Source of the DNA: Actinomycetes bacterium
GTDB lineage: Bacteria > Actinomycetota > Acidimicrobiia > Acidimicrobiales > JAKAOS01
Length of the DNA: 64,000 nt
Assembly (NCBI GenBank): GCA_021795215.1
Contig: JAJYPS010000001.1
Span: 728-64,727 of the forward strand
Direction: 5' to 3'
Shown here in pieces: positions 45,497 to 55,501 of the stretch (its first letter is position 1; every line of letters starts with the position of its first letter). Both the position numbers and the translations under genes were made by a program. The notes beneath the pieces are model-generated. The model was not told where the DNA came from. It was given only the letters and a program-made list of their open reading frames with translations, and made no database searches.

Positions 45497-47101
45497 GTGC
45501 CGGATGGGAGGCGGGACCGAACGGAACCACTTCGGCGGGCGACGCTCTCCATGGCGGCCGGGACAGCCGCTTCCCGCCTGTCGGGCTTCGCCCGCCTGGC
45601 CGTCCTTGCTGCAGTGCTCGGTGTCCACACCGGCATCTCCGAGGCCTACAACCTCGCCAACACGACGCCCAACATGGTGTACGACCTGGTGATGGGAGGC
45701 GTGCTCGCCTCCACGGTCGTCCCGGTGTTCGTCCAGACGCTGACCGTCTACCGTCCCGCCAGAGCGTGGAGGGACGTCTCGGCCGTCGTGACCGTGGCCA
45801 CTGTCATCCTCGCGGTCGTCAGCGGGATCTTCATCGCAATCGCTCCCTGGGTGACGGCCCTGTACAACGTCGGCGCCAGCGCTGCACGCCTGGGAGCTCA
45901 GGAGAGGGTCGCCACGGAGTTGCTCCGCCTCTTCGGGCTGCAGGTCCTCCTCTATGGGGCAGTGACGCTCGTGACCGCGGTGCTGAACGCCGAGCGGCGG
46001 TTCGTGGCGGCCGCCTTCGCACCCGTCGTCAACAATGCCGTCGTCATCGCAGTCATGCTGGTGGCCCTGATCTCGTACCCGCACCGGGGAGTGGCCGCGG
46101 CGTCGGAGGACCAAGGCCTGGTCCTCCTGCTGGGTCTGGGCACCACGGGCGGTGTCGCCGCTCAGCTCCTGATCCTCCTGCCGAGCCTGCGAGCCTGCGG
46201 AGGTCGCATCCGGTGGCACTGGGACCCGCGAAATCCCGCCGTCGCGTCCATCGCCCGCCTTTCCGGTTGGACACTGGGCTTCGTCTCGACCAGCCAGGTC
46301 AAGCTGTTCATCGTGCTCACCCTGGCTCACGCCCTGGAACCTCTCGGGGGTGCCACAGCGTGGACATACGCCTACATGTTCTTCCAGTTGCCGTTCGGCA
46401 TCATCGCAGTGTCGATCATGAGCGCAGACCAGCCGGAGCTCGCGACGGCATGGGCAGGGAGGGACGGCGAACGGTTCCGCCGCAGACTGACCGGGGGCGT
46501 GCGCACCACCTTGGTGGCGACCGTCCCGGCCGCCGTCGGCTACGCCTTCATGGGAGCACCGATCGTCCAAGCCCTGTTGGCCCACGGCACTGCCGCACGT
46601 TCGGGCACCGCCGGGACAGGTGCCCTTCTCGAGACCATGGCCCTGGGACTGCCCGGCTTCTCGGTCTACATCTATCTCGTCCGGGCCTGGCAGGCGATGC
46701 AGGACACCAAGACCGTCTTCCTGCTCTACGCCATCGAGAACGGAGTGAATGTGGTGCTCGCCTTCGCTCTGTACAGGCCATTGGGCCTACCCGGCCTCGG
46801 CCTGGCTCTCTCGGCCGCCTACACCGTCGCCGCCGTCGTGGCAGCAAGACGTCTCCGCCGGAGAGGGGCGGGTCTCGTACCAGGAGCACTCGTAGCATCT
46901 TCGATGCGAGTAGGGACCGCCTCGGTGGCCATGGCGGCGGCGCTCTGGTGGTCCGAGGGGCTGCTGAGAGGGGCAAGCCCCTTTCTCGTCGTGGCCGTCG
47001 GCGTAGCGTTGGGCATTACGGTGTTCGGTTCAGTGGCCGGCCTCGGATGGGTGTGGCACGAGTGGAGGCACTCAGGTGGCGTCCATAGGCGTCGTAACTG
47101 A
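45497..47101 (+). CDS. murJ: lipid II flippase MurJ (MviN)
   Basis: SMAAGTAASRLSGFARLAVLAAVLG...AYNLANTTPNMVYDLV and about 14 helices. Start at GTG 45497 (alternative ATG 45551). Confidence 0.9.
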   Translation: MPDGRRDRTEPLRRATLSMAAGTAASRLSGFARLAVLAAVLGVHTGISEAYNLANTTPNMVYDLVMGGVLASTVVPVFVQTLTVYRPARAWRDVSAVVTVATVILAVVSGIFIAIAPWVTALYNVGASAARLGAQERVATELLRLFGLQVLLYGAVTLVTAVLNAERRFVAAAFAPVVNNAVVIAVMLVALISYPHRGVAAASEDQGLVLLLGLGTTGGVAAQLLILLPSLRACGGRIRWHWDPRNPAVASIARLSGWTLGFVSTSQVKLFIVLTLAHALEPLGGATAWTYAYMFFQLPFGIIAVSIMSADQPELATAWAGRDGERFRRRLTGGVRTTLVATVPAAVGYAFMGAPIVQALLAHGTAARSGTAGTGALLETMALGLPGFSVYIYLVRAWQAMQDTKTVFLLYAIENGVNVVLAFALYRPLGLPGLGLALSAAYTVAAVVAARRLRRRGAGLVPGALVASSMRVGTASVAMAAALWWSEGLLRGASPFLVVAVGVALGITVFGSVAGLGWVWHEWRHSGGVHRRRN

Positions 47102-47921
47102 CAGCGCAGCCGATCTTGGTCGCGACATAGCGGCGGCGAAGGGCCTGACCGTGGTTCCCCTGACCGTCACCCTCGATGGCCGCGACTTCGTCGACCAAGT
47201 CGAGTTGTCGACGGAGGAGTTCTGGTCCCGGTGCAGGTCGGGCGCTGTCCCGAGCACGGCTGCGCCTTCGATTGGAGCCTTCAGGGAGGCCTTTCTCGAG
47301 AGCAGCCAGCACAGGGACGGAGTCCTGTGCGTGACCCTGGCCTCCCGGTTCTCGGCGACCTATCAGGCCGCATGCGCCGCGGCCCAGTCGGTGCGGGCAG
47401 AGGTTCGGGTGCGGGTGGTCGACTCGACCTCGGTCAGTGTGGGCCAGGGCCTAATGGTACTGGCAGCCTGCGAGCTCGCCACGAAGGCTGCCTCCCTAGA
47501 CCACCTGGCGGACCAGGTCACTAATCGGCTCCGCCACATCAGGCTGGTCGGACTTCTCGATACCCTCGATCACCTCCGGCGCGGAGGAAGGATCGGCGGC
47601 CTGCGGGCATTGCTCGGGCAGATTCTGTCCGTGAAACCCGTCGTCGAGGTCAAAGACGGCGAGGTGGAGCTCCTATCTCGGGAGAGGACACGTCGCCGAG
47701 GCCTGGCCGCTCTCGCAAAGGAGGCTGTCGATCACGATCCCGGCACAGGGGTGACGCTGGCCCACGCTTCCGCTCCCGACCTGGACGACATTCTCTCCGT
47801 CCTCGGCGACCACGGGCTACCCGTGCCGACGGCGATCCGGGACTTCGGCGCAGTGATCGGGTCCCATGTCGGGCCCGGAGCCGTCGGCCTGGCATTCGCC
47901 GTCCGGCCTGCGTCGGATTAG
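47076..47921 (+). CDS. DegV-family fatty-acid-binding protein
   Basis: IGVVTDSAADL, TAAPSIGAF and VVDSTSVSVGQG. Confidence 0.85.
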   Translation: MASIGVVTDSAADLGRDIAAAKGLTVVPLTVTLDGRDFVDQVELSTEEFWSRCRSGAVPSTAAPSIGAFREAFLESSQHRDGVLCVTLASRFSATYQAACAAAQSVRAEVRVRVVDSTSVSVGQGLMVLAACELATKAASLDHLADQVTNRLRHIRLVGLLDTLDHLRRGGRIGGLRALLGQILSVKPVVEVKDGEVELLSRERTRRRGLAALAKEAVDHDPGTGVTLAHASAPDLDDILSVLGDHGLPVPTAIRDFGAVIGSHVGPGAVGLAFAVRPASD

Positions 47922-48009
47922 TGGCACGAAGCAGCGCGCCGTCGACGGTGCAAACGAAAGCGTCCCCTCCGAGTCGGCCAACTCCGCTATTTGGGTAGGC
48001 TTCGGCACC

Positions 48010-48357
48010 ATGAGCACCTCCGGAGCAGGCGCAGGGATCGGCAGCACAAAGGACGTCCCGGCCACCAGGTCCGATTGGCCCACCGAGATCGCGGACCGGC
48101 TGGAGAAGGTCACGGCCGCCGTGGAGCAGCGGACCGTTCGGCCTCTCGTCGGACTGGCCCGGCTCGCGGTCTACGGCATACTCGCCCTCATCCTCCTCAT
48201 GGTCGTGGGGACACTCGCAGCCGTCGCTCTGGTGAGGCTCCTCAACGTCTACCTCTTCACGGGCGCCGACTGGGCGTCCTTCGCGGTCACCGGTGGAATC
48301 CTCGCGCTGGTCGGACTGTTGCTATGGGGCATGCGTACCAAGAAGGGTGCCAGCTGA
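48010..48357 (+). CDS. small two-helix membrane protein, hypothetical
   Basis: ATG 48010. It has two hydrophobic segments (LARLAVYGILALILLMVVGTLAAVALV; FAVTGGILALVGLLLWG). The stop lies immediately before trxB. Confidence 0.5.
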   Translation: MSTSGAGAGIGSTKDVPATRSDWPTEIADRLEKVTAAVEQRTVRPLVGLARLAVYGILALILLMVVGTLAAVALVRLLNVYLFTGADWASFAVTGGILALVGLLLWGMRTKKGAS

Positions 48358-48358
48358 C

Positions 48359-49345
48359 ATGACGGAGCACCGACGAGTCCTCATAATCGGCTCCGGCCCA
48401 GCGGGATTGACCGCCGCCATCTACACTGCGAGAGCGGACCTAGCGCCGCTGGTGATCGAAGGCGAGATCTCGTCGACAAGTGATCAGCCCGGTGGTCAGC
48501 TCATGCTCACGACCGAGGTAGAGAACTTCCCCGGTTTTCCCCAGGGGGTGATGGGCCCGGAACTGATGACCGCGATGAGGGCCCAGGCCGAGCGTTTCGG
48601 GGCGGCGTTCCTCACTGCCAAGGCTTCCGCGGTGGACCTCTCGGAGCGTCCCTTCGGCATCTGGACCGGCGACCGTTCCACGGAGCCGCCTGCGTTCCAT
48701 GCCGACGCGTTGATCGTTGCTACCGGTGCCCGTTCGTTGATGCTCGGTCTCGACGGAGAAAGGCGGCTTCTCGGACACGGGGTCTCTACTTGCGCCACAT
48801 GCGACGGGTTCTTCTTCCGGGATCGCAAGGTGATCGTCGTCGGAGGCGGCGACTCGGCCCTGGAGGAAGCCATGTTCCTCTCCAAGTTCGCTTCCTCGGT
48901 GACCGTCCTGCATCGTCGTCACGAGCTCCGCGCCTCGAAGATCATGCAAGACCGGGCCTTCCGCAACACGAAACTGAGCTTCAGGTGGAACTGCGTTGTG
49001 GAAGAGGTTCTGGGCGACGACTCGCTCCAGGCGATAAGCGTCCGCGACGTGCTGACCGGTACGAGCGAGACCCTCGATACGGACGGGTTGTTCGTGGCCA
49101 TAGGGCACGTACCGAACACGGACCTGTTCGCCGGTCAATTGGAGATGGACGCGGCCGGCTACGTCGTAACGCGTAGCGGGACGCACACCAGCGTCGAAGG
49201 AGTCTTCGCTTGCGGGGACGTCCAGGATCACGTGTACCGTCAGGCGATAACGGCAGCGGGATCGGGGTGCAGCGCAGCCATCGACACCGAGAGATGGTTG
49301 GAGAGCGTCCAGCACCAGGCGGCGGCCGCCGCTGGCGCAGCCTGA
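48359..49345 (+). CDS. trxB: thioredoxin-disulfide reductase
   Basis: VLIIGSGPAGLTAAIY, redox-active CATCDG and VVGGGDSALEEA. Confidence 0.95.
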   Translation: MTEHRRVLIIGSGPAGLTAAIYTARADLAPLVIEGEISSTSDQPGGQLMLTTEVENFPGFPQGVMGPELMTAMRAQAERFGAAFLTAKASAVDLSERPFGIWTGDRSTEPPAFHADALIVATGARSLMLGLDGERRLLGHGVSTCATCDGFFFRDRKVIVVGGGDSALEEAMFLSKFASSVTVLHRRHELRASKIMQDRAFRNTKLSFRWNCVVEEVLGDDSLQAISVRDVLTGTSETLDTDGLFVAIGHVPNTDLFAGQLEMDAAGYVVTRSGTHTSVEGVFACGDVQDHVYRQAITAAGSGCSAAIDTERWLESVQHQAAAAAGAA

Positions 49346-49399
49346 GAGGGCACTTCAACCCCGCGCAGCGCCGACCCGCGAAGAGAACAGGAGAAATCA

Positions 49400-49729
49400 G
49401 TGACAGCTCGCCCGGTAGTCGTCCTTACGGATCAGAGCTTCGACGAAGAGGTCAAGACGTCGGCAGAACCACTCCTCGTCGACTTCTGGGCCGAGTGGTG
49501 CGGGCCCTGTAAGGTCATCGCCCCCGTGCTCGAGGAGATCGCTGCAGAACGATCCGGCAGGCTCCGCATAGGCAAGTTGAACGTCGACGAGAACCTCAAT
49601 GCGGCCCGACGGTTCGAAGTGATGTCCATCCCTACGCTGATCCTCTTCAAGGACGGTGAACCGGTTCACCGAGTTGTCGGAAGCAGGCCGAAGCGCGCCC
49701 TCCTGCAGGAGTTGGAACCGTACCTCTAG
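49400..49729 (+). CDS. trxA: thioredoxin
   Basis: [12 protein letters not shown]. Confidence 0.95.
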   Translation: MTARPVVVLTDQSFDEEVKTSAEPLLVDFWAEWCGPCKVIAPVLEEIAAERSGRLRIGKLNVDENLNAARRFEVMSIPTLILFKDGEPVHRVVGSRPKRALLQELEPYL

Positions 49730-49848
49730 GAGACGACCTCCCGCTCAGACCGGGAAGTAGCGGAGAAGCCGTCGCCGATCTCTGCCGCCGGCTTGCCGCC
49801 CTGTCGGGAACCGACTGTCCTTCTCCCCGCTTCGTCTACGACGAAGTA

Positions 49849-50697
49849 GTGGAAGACGCGGTCCGCGCCTTCCAGAAGCAACGGGGTCTCGCCGAGGACG
49901 GCACATGCACCCGGGAGACTTGGCGCAGGCTGGTCGAAGCAGGGTTCAATTTGGGAGACCGGCTCCTCTACCTGCGTTCGCCGATGCAGCGAGGTGACGA
50001 CGTCGCAGAGCTCCAGGAGCGCCTCGGCTCGCTCGGATTCGATGCGGGCCGTGTGGACGGGATCTTCGGACCCCGCACTGCCGAGGCCCTTGGCGAGTTC
50101 CAACGGAACATGGGACTCCCGTCTGACGCAAGATGTGGCCGCGCGACGGTAGCCGAGCTACGACGCCTCCGGACTCCGGAGCACGCCACAGTCGCCGGGC
50201 TGAGGGAACGGGAAGCGCTCAGGCGCCGGCCCGAGACGCTCCTCGGAGCGAGAGTGGCCGTAGCCCACTTTGGCGGCCTCGGAGCTCTCGTCGAGTCGGT
50301 GCGACGATCACTTCTCACAGCAGGAGCGGCTGCTGTGATCCTCCAGCACCCAGACGGTTCCCATCTCGCCGCTCAAGCCAACATGCTCGACGCTCGGGCC
50401 TTCCTCGCCTTCGCGGCAGACGCCCGACTTCACGGATGTTGCACGGCGTACTACGCCAGCTATCGGTGGGAGTCGCCGGCAGGCCGAAGGCTCGGCGAAG
50501 AACTTGCCGATCGGGTCCCAGAAGTCCTCTCAGTCCCTACGCTCGGGGCCCGCGGCATGAGCCTGCCCCTCCTCAGGGAGACCAGGATGCCTGCCGTCCT
50601 TTGCGAAGTGGGACCCACCGCAGCGCTAGTTCAGAACGCAAACCCTCTGGCGACTGCCGTAACCGACGTCCTGGCTCAATGGCTTCCGGGTTCGTGA
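49849..50697 (+). CDS. CwlM-like protein: PG-binding repeat(s) plus a degenerate N-acetylmuramoyl-L-alanine amidase (Amidase_3-like) domain
   Basis: AVRAFQKQRGLAEDG and GDDVAELQERLGSLGF...DGIFGPRTAEALGEFQRNMGL (PG_binding_1-like), then LRETRMPAVLCEVG (Amidase_3 C-terminal motif). The first canonical start is GTG 49849, but homology appears to continue upstream (see findings). Confidence 0.7.
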   Translation: MEDAVRAFQKQRGLAEDGTCTRETWRRLVEAGFNLGDRLLYLRSPMQRGDDVAELQERLGSLGFDAGRVDGIFGPRTAEALGEFQRNMGLPSDARCGRATVAELRRLRTPEHATVAGLREREALRRRPETLLGARVAVAHFGGLGALVESVRRSLLTAGAAAVILQHPDGSHLAAQANMLDARAFLAFAADARLHGCCTAYYASYRWESPAGRRLGEELADRVPEVLSVPTLGARGMSLPLLRETRMPAVLCEVGPTAALVQNANPLATAVTDVLAQWLPGS

Positions 50698-50794
50698 CTC
50701 TACGAGAGCCTTACCGCGAGGCACATCGGACCTAGACTTCCACAGCTTGACCACAGCCTGTGGATCAACTACAGCCTTACGCATCTCCCGGGCC

Positions 50795-51751
50795 CTATGC
50801 ACCTTCCAATCCATCCGGCCTTTCGGCGCCCATCAACAGATCGAAGATCCTTTCCAGGTCTGCAACAGTGGCAAAGTCGATCACCACTCGCCCCCTGCGT
50901 GAACCCATCTCCACGGTTACTCGCGTGTCGAGTCGATCTCCCAACTGCCTCTCAACCTCCAGAGCGGCTACGGGCGGTAGCGGCCCGGAAGCAGGACGCT
51001 GCGCCCCGGGCGTGTGTGCCGCTGTCGCCGGCGCGGACTCCGGCGAATCCAGCCGTTGCAACCGAACGTCGCTGTCCTGCCCAATATTTCGGGCCGCTTC
51101 CTCCAATGCCCTGACTGACAACTGCTCGGCGACGCAACGTCGAGCCAGTTCCACTTGGCGCTCCCGATCGGGCGCGGTCAACAGCGCTCGAGCGTGGCCC
51201 GCTGAGAGGTGGCGTTCTGCAACCATCCTCTGCACGTCCGCGGGCAACTGGAACAGACGGAGCGCATTGGTGACAGCAGCCCGACTCTTGCTGACTCTTG
51301 CCGCGACCTCTTCGTGAGACATGCCGTACCCCTCGATCAGCTCCCGATAGGCACTCGCCTCCTCCAGCGGGCCCAGGTCCACTCGGTGCAGGTTTTCGAC
51401 AACCGCCTGCTGGAGGCTCGTCACGTCGTCCACCTGTTGCACCAAGGCGGGGACCGTCAGCAGTCCGATTTTCCGCGCAGCACGCCATCGTCGCTCACCC
51501 GCAATAAGTTGAAACCGACCAGAAGGCAGCCCTCTTACCAGGATCGGTTGCAACACTCCTACGGCCGCGACTGAATCGACCAATCCAGCCAACGCCAACT
51601 CGTCGAAGGACTTCCGTGGTTGGTGCGGATTGGGTTCGATGCTGCCCACCGGCAGTTCGCGGAATCTCGGCCCGTCCTCGGCCAGCCCCTCACGAGGCTC
51701 ACCCGGTATGAGAGCGTCAAGCCCGCGCCCCAGACCCCCACGTCGCACCAT
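50795..51751 (-). CDS. parB: chromosome partitioning protein ParB
   Basis: GLGRGLDALI, IEPNPHQPRKSF and GERRWRAA. Confidence 0.95.
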   Translation of the reverse strand: MVRRGGLGRGLDALIPGEPREGLAEDGPRFRELPVGSIEPNPHQPRKSFDELALAGLVDSVAAVGVLQPILVRGLPSGRFQLIAGERRWRAARKIGLLTVPALVQQVDDVTSLQQAVVENLHRVDLGPLEEASAYRELIEGYGMSHEEVAARVSKSRAAVTNALRLFQLPADVQRMVAERHLSAGHARALLTAPDRERQVELARRCVAEQLSVRALEEAARNIGQDSDVRLQRLDSPESAPATAAHTPGAQRPASGPLPPVAALEVERQLGDRLDTRVTVEMGSRRGRVVIDFATVADLERIFDLLMGAERPDGLEGA

Positions 51752-52577
51752 CCATCACCTCCCTGGCCAGCTCCCTGTACGCTTGGGCGCCACGGGAGCT
51801 CGGATCGAATGTGATCACCGGCTGACCGAACGAAGGAGCTTCGGAGAGCCGAACCGTCCGCGGTATGACCACCTGACAAACCGAGTCCTTGAAGTGCTTC
51901 CTCACTTCTCCCGCCACTTGCTCTGCCAACTTCGTACGGGCGTCGTACATGGTCAGGACGATCTTGGTCACGGAAAGCCCCGGATTCAAGCTGGCTCTAA
52001 TCAATTCCACGTTCCGGACCAACTGGCCGAGCCCCTCCAGCGCGTAGTACTCGCACTGTATAGGTACGAAAACCTCCTGAGCTGCCGTCATACCGTTCAC
52101 AGTTAACAGACCCAGGGACGGCGGACAGTCTATAAAAACGTAGTCGAAGTCCTCCGCTGCGCCTTCGAGTGCCCTGACAAGTCGTCGTTCGCGGCTAAGT
52201 GCCGCCACCAATTCGATTTCCGCGCCGGCGAGATCTATCGAAGCCGGAGCGACAAAGAGGTTCCTCAGGCTCGTAGGTTCCAGGCAGTCGTCCATGCTCA
52301 CTTCATGGATCAGCACATCGTAGACAGTCGCGTCCGCATCGCGGGCGTCGACTCCGAGGCCAGTCGTCGCGTTCCCCTGCGGATCGAGGTCCACTACGAG
52401 AACGCGCTTTCCTGCCTCCGCCAGCGCCGCCCCAAGGTTGACAGCGGTGGTGGTCTTACCCACACCACCCTTCTGATTCGCGACTGCTACGACGCGGCCT
52501 TTGCGGCCTGCCGACCCACTTGGGAATTCTCCCATCTGACTCTGCTCCTGTCCCTCCGCAGAGCTGTCCTCAACCAT
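51717..52577 (-). CDS. parA: chromosome partitioning ATPase ParA/Soj
   Basis: VAVANQKGGVGKTTTAVNLGAALA and VVDLDPQGNAT. ATG 52577 is chosen because the longer track ORF would read through the parS site. Confidence 0.9.
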   Translation of the reverse strand: MVEDSSAEGQEQSQMGEFPSGSAGRKGRVVAVANQKGGVGKTTTAVNLGAALAEAGKRVLVVDLDPQGNATTGLGVDARDADATVYDVLIHEVSMDDCLEPTSLRNLFVAPASIDLAGAEIELVAALSRERRLVRALEGAAEDFDYVFIDCPPSLGLLTVNGMTAAQEVFVPIQCEYYALEGLGQLVRNVELIRASLNPGLSVTKIVLTMYDARTKLAEQVAGEVRKHFKDSVCQVVIPRTVRLSEAPSFGQPVITFDPSSRGAQAYRELAREVMDGATWGSGARA

Positions 52578-52595
52578 CGCCACCCCTCTCGAGGA

Positions 52596-52611
52596 TGTTT
52601 CACGTGAAACA
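52596..52611. promoter_or_regulatory. parS: parS centromere site, perfect TGTTTCACGTGAAACA
   Basis: A 16/16 match to the conserved bacterial parS palindrome. It sits in the 43-bp rsmG-parA spacer. Confidence 0.9.
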
Positions 52612-52620
52612 TAACCGGCC

Positions 52621-53238
52621 TCAGGTGAAGAGCGGACGCTTTCGCGGGATCCCGTCACGACGAGGAAAGCGATCCGAGCAGAGAGCTACCTGCTCCAGTA
52701 GCTCGAAGTTGAACCCCCCCGACTGGGCTCCCCGAGGAGGTCCTAGTCCCACCAACGAGACATCTCCCTTCCACCGCCGCTCTCCGACTGCTTCACTAGG
52801 AGGTTCGGAACAGATCAGTACTCCTCCCACCTTCAGGAAAGGGGCAGCACACTCCGCAGTCACCGCGGGAGGGCCAAAGCCTCTCGCGACGACGACGTCC
52901 ACGGTGGCACGGAAGTTTGCGGCCCGGCCCAAGATCTCGGCCCGCGAAGCTAGGACTTGGACACGCGCCGAGAGACCCAGTGCTTCGACGGCCTCCTTCA
53001 AGAAGGCACTCCGTTTCTGGGACGCCTCGACGAACAGGTAGCGCCGGTCCGGCGCGTACTCGGCGGCCAGTGCGAGCCCGGGCAATCCTCCCCCTGCGCC
53101 GAGATCCAACAGTGCTCCAGCCTCGTCTGGGATCAGTGCAGCGAAGGCAGACGCGTGCACAAGTTGATCGTCTACGGGCGCAGGACCAAGAAAGCCGCGG
53201 CGTTGGGCTTCCTGTAGCGCCTCCGCCACCGACCGCAT
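52621..53238 (-). CDS. rsmG: 16S rRNA (guanine527-N7)-methyltransferase RsmG (GidB)
   Basis: LLDLGAGGGLPGLALA, and its position between jag and parA. Confidence 0.9.
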   Translation of the reverse strand: MRSVAEALQEAQRRGFLGPAPVDDQLVHASAFAALIPDEAGALLDLGAGGGLPGLALAAEYAPDRRYLFVEASQKRSAFLKEAVEALGLSARVQVLASRAEILGRAANFRATVDVVVARGFGPPAVTAECAAPFLKVGGVLICSEPPSEAVGERRWKGDVSLVGLGPPRGAQSGGFNFELLEQVALCSDRFPRRDGIPRKRPLFT

Positions 53239-53277
53239 CTGTACCGGACTTTGGACCGGCCGACAGCCGCCGGCAAC

Positions 53278-54165
53278 TCAGGCGGTTGAACGGACGATCA
53301 CCACGTGCCTGTAGGGCTCTTCACCCTCGGAACGGGTGGCCACGCCGTCGAGCCCGTTGATTGTGTCGTGTACGGTTTTCCGGTCGGAGGCAGACATCGG
53401 CTCCAGATGTCGCTCGACGCCTCCGGCGCGCACCTCTTCAGCGAGCTTCCTGGCAAAATCAGCGAGTGCCACCGACCGCCGCGCAAGGTAGCCGGCGACG
53501 TCCACGGTCAACCTCAGACCCGGCGCTCGGCCCGACCGAGGCATTGCGGCTCGGGCCAGATCTTGGACCGCATGAAGGGTGGCCCCTTTCGGGCCGACCA
53601 AGATCCCTAGACCGTCACCCGAGACCGACGCGATTATGCCTCCGGAGTCGGACAGCTCCACCTCCACCGCTCCGTCCATGTCCAGCCGGTCCAGCAGTCC
53701 CTCCAAGAACCGTCTCACCGCCTCCGACGCCTCCTCGACATCGCCACTGCCGTCTTCTTGGGACCCTTGCTCGAAAGCGACGCCCATATCGTCCACCGCA
53801 TCCTTTCCGGTTATAGCAAGAGGGGATGGAGGCCATTCCGACGGAGTCAGCGCCCGAGCCGCGGCCTCCTGACCCACCGCGCCCATCGCACCCTGTCCGC
53901 GTCCCTCGGGAGCAGCAACTCCGGAGTCGCCAGCCCGGGACTCCCGCGGCCGGCGCCTCGGCTGCCGGCGTTCGACCCTGGCTCTCGGAAGCGCCGGCCT
54001 CACGCGAGCTCTCACGCGTGCCTCGGTCCTGACGCGACCGAAAAGACCCATCTTTACGTCGGTGAGAACCTCTATCTCGGCGTCGTCGCTGTCGATCCCC
54101 AGCGCAACAAGCGCTCGTTCTTTCGCCTCGTCCAATGTTGCGCCGGTCGTCTCCACCCACTCCAT
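53278..54165 (-). CDS. jag: Jag/KhpB-type RNA-binding protein (Jag_N, KH, R3H)
   Basis: MEWVETTGATLDEAKERALVALGI (Jag_N) and the C-terminal R3H part LEPMSASDRKTVHDTI. Confidence 0.9.
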   Translation of the reverse strand: MEWVETTGATLDEAKERALVALGIDSDDAEIEVLTDVKMGLFGRVRTEARVRARVRPALPRARVERRQPRRRPRESRAGDSGVAAPEGRGQGAMGAVGQEAAARALTPSEWPPSPLAITGKDAVDDMGVAFEQGSQEDGSGDVEEASEAVRRFLEGLLDRLDMDGAVEVELSDSGGIIASVSGDGLGILVGPKGATLHAVQDLARAAMPRSGRAPGLRLTVDVAGYLARRSVALADFARKLAEEVRAGGVERHLEPMSASDRKTVHDTINGLDGVATRSEGEEPYRHVVIVRSTA

Positions 54166-54174
54166 ATGCAGCCC

Positions 54175-55272
54175 TCAGCGGGGAGGCCGGGCCCGCCGCT
54201 GGGACGGGCCTGAGCCGTTGGTCGACGGTCCAGAACCATTCCGACCTGGCGCACGTGGTCCCGACGTGCGGTTGCTCCTGGCTCGAGGCTCGGGGGACTT
54301 CCGAGTGGCCTTGTTGCCCCCCGGGTCGGCCCCCCTGGTCCCCTTGTCGGCCTCGCGGCTGATCGGAGCTCGGGGGCCCTTCCTCACTTGGGGCACCTGC
54401 CGCGCTGCACCTGGGCGGTTCGCCTCGGTCTGTCCTTTCCCACGCTTCTCGTTGGGGGGGGGAGTGGCGATCTTCACGCTTCCGGCGGCTGTGGCCACGC
54501 GCAGAGCAGGATCGTACCTGTACATAAGCGTCTGCTGCACTATCCGAAAAAGGCTGGACACCACGAAATATACCGTCACGGCCGCCGGGAACGTAATGTA
54601 GATGGCACCGAAGGCAATGGGCATGTACTTCTGGATCTGCTGAGTCTGCTGGTTTATGGAGCTCTGAGGCGCCTGACTGTTTCGACTCATGAGCTGACGC
54701 ATCTGAAGATACTGCAAAGCGACCGCAATAGCGATAAGGGTGTAATAGGGGAGAGCGCGAAAGAACCCGCCGTGGACGGAGGTGGCTGACCGTGCAAGGT
54801 CGAGTCCGAAGGCAATCATCTTTCCCCCACCTTGGACCAGATGATGGTATAGCAGTGTGGTATGGGAAATGTACTTCGGTGAGGGGCGTACGACGTGCCC
54901 TGTACGAACGGTTGCCGTCAAACCTCTGACAACTTCGTATAAAACGATAAATATGGGGAGCTGAAGCACCATAGGCAAGCAACCGCCGGCAGGACTGACG
55001 TTGTTCTCCTTGTACAACGCCATTATCTCTTCCTGAGCCTTGACCTTGTCCGACTTGTATTTTGCGCGAAGCTTGGATACTTCTGGATTGAGTCTCTGCA
55101 TCGCCACACTCGAGCGAGTGCTCGTCACGGTGAGCGGAATCATCACCGCCATCACGGTGACGGTAAGGAGAGCTATCGCTACGGCGTAGTTGGGCACTGC
55201 GCTGTAATAGAGCGCAAGCACCGCGCTTACCGCCTGATAAATAGGGTTGAAGAGCTTTCCCAGCACGCTCAT
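54175..55272 (-). CDS. yidC: membrane protein insertase YidC
   Basis: [36 protein letters not shown] and a basic C-terminal tail. Confidence 0.95.
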   Translation of the reverse strand: MSVLGKLFNPIYQAVSAVLALYYSAVPNYAVAIALLTVTVMAVMIPLTVTSTRSSVAMQRLNPEVSKLRAKYKSDKVKAQEEIMALYKENNVSPAGGCLPMVLQLPIFIVLYEVVRGLTATVRTGHVVRPSPKYISHTTLLYHHLVQGGGKMIAFGLDLARSATSVHGGFFRALPYYTLIAIAVALQYLQMRQLMSRNSQAPQSSINQQTQQIQKYMPIAFGAIYITFPAAVTVYFVVSSLFRIVQQTLMYRYDPALRVATAAGSVKIATPPPNEKRGKGQTEANRPGAARQVPQVRKGPRAPISREADKGTRGADPGGNKATRKSPEPRARSNRTSGPRAPGRNGSGPSTNGSGPSQRRARPPR

Positions 55273-55490
55273 CGTGTGGCTCCAGTGCCGGGGTCGGGGT
55301 CAGGTACGGGGTCGTATCCGCTTCGGCCACCCGGTCGACAGCTTGCTATCCGGCGCACGGCCAGCCAAGTTCCCTTCGCCGCTCCATGCGTGGCAATCGC
55401 CTCTGCCGCATAAGTGGAGCAACTGGGATAGAAGCGACACGGAGATACATATCCTCGGCGGAGGGCTTGGTAGAGCCCGATGCCGGCCAG
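55269..55490 (-). CDS. yidD: membrane protein insertion efficiency factor YidD
   Basis: [27 protein letters not shown]...[18 protein letters not shown]. No ATG/GTG/TTG lies near the expected start, so CTG 55490 is only a guess. ATGA coupling to yidC. Confidence 0.65.
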   Translation of the reverse strand: MAGIGLYQALRRGYVSPCRFYPSCSTYAAEAIATHGAAKGTWLAVRRIASCRPGGRSGYDPVPDPDPGTGATR

Positions 55491-55501
55491 GAGAAGGCGA
55501 C

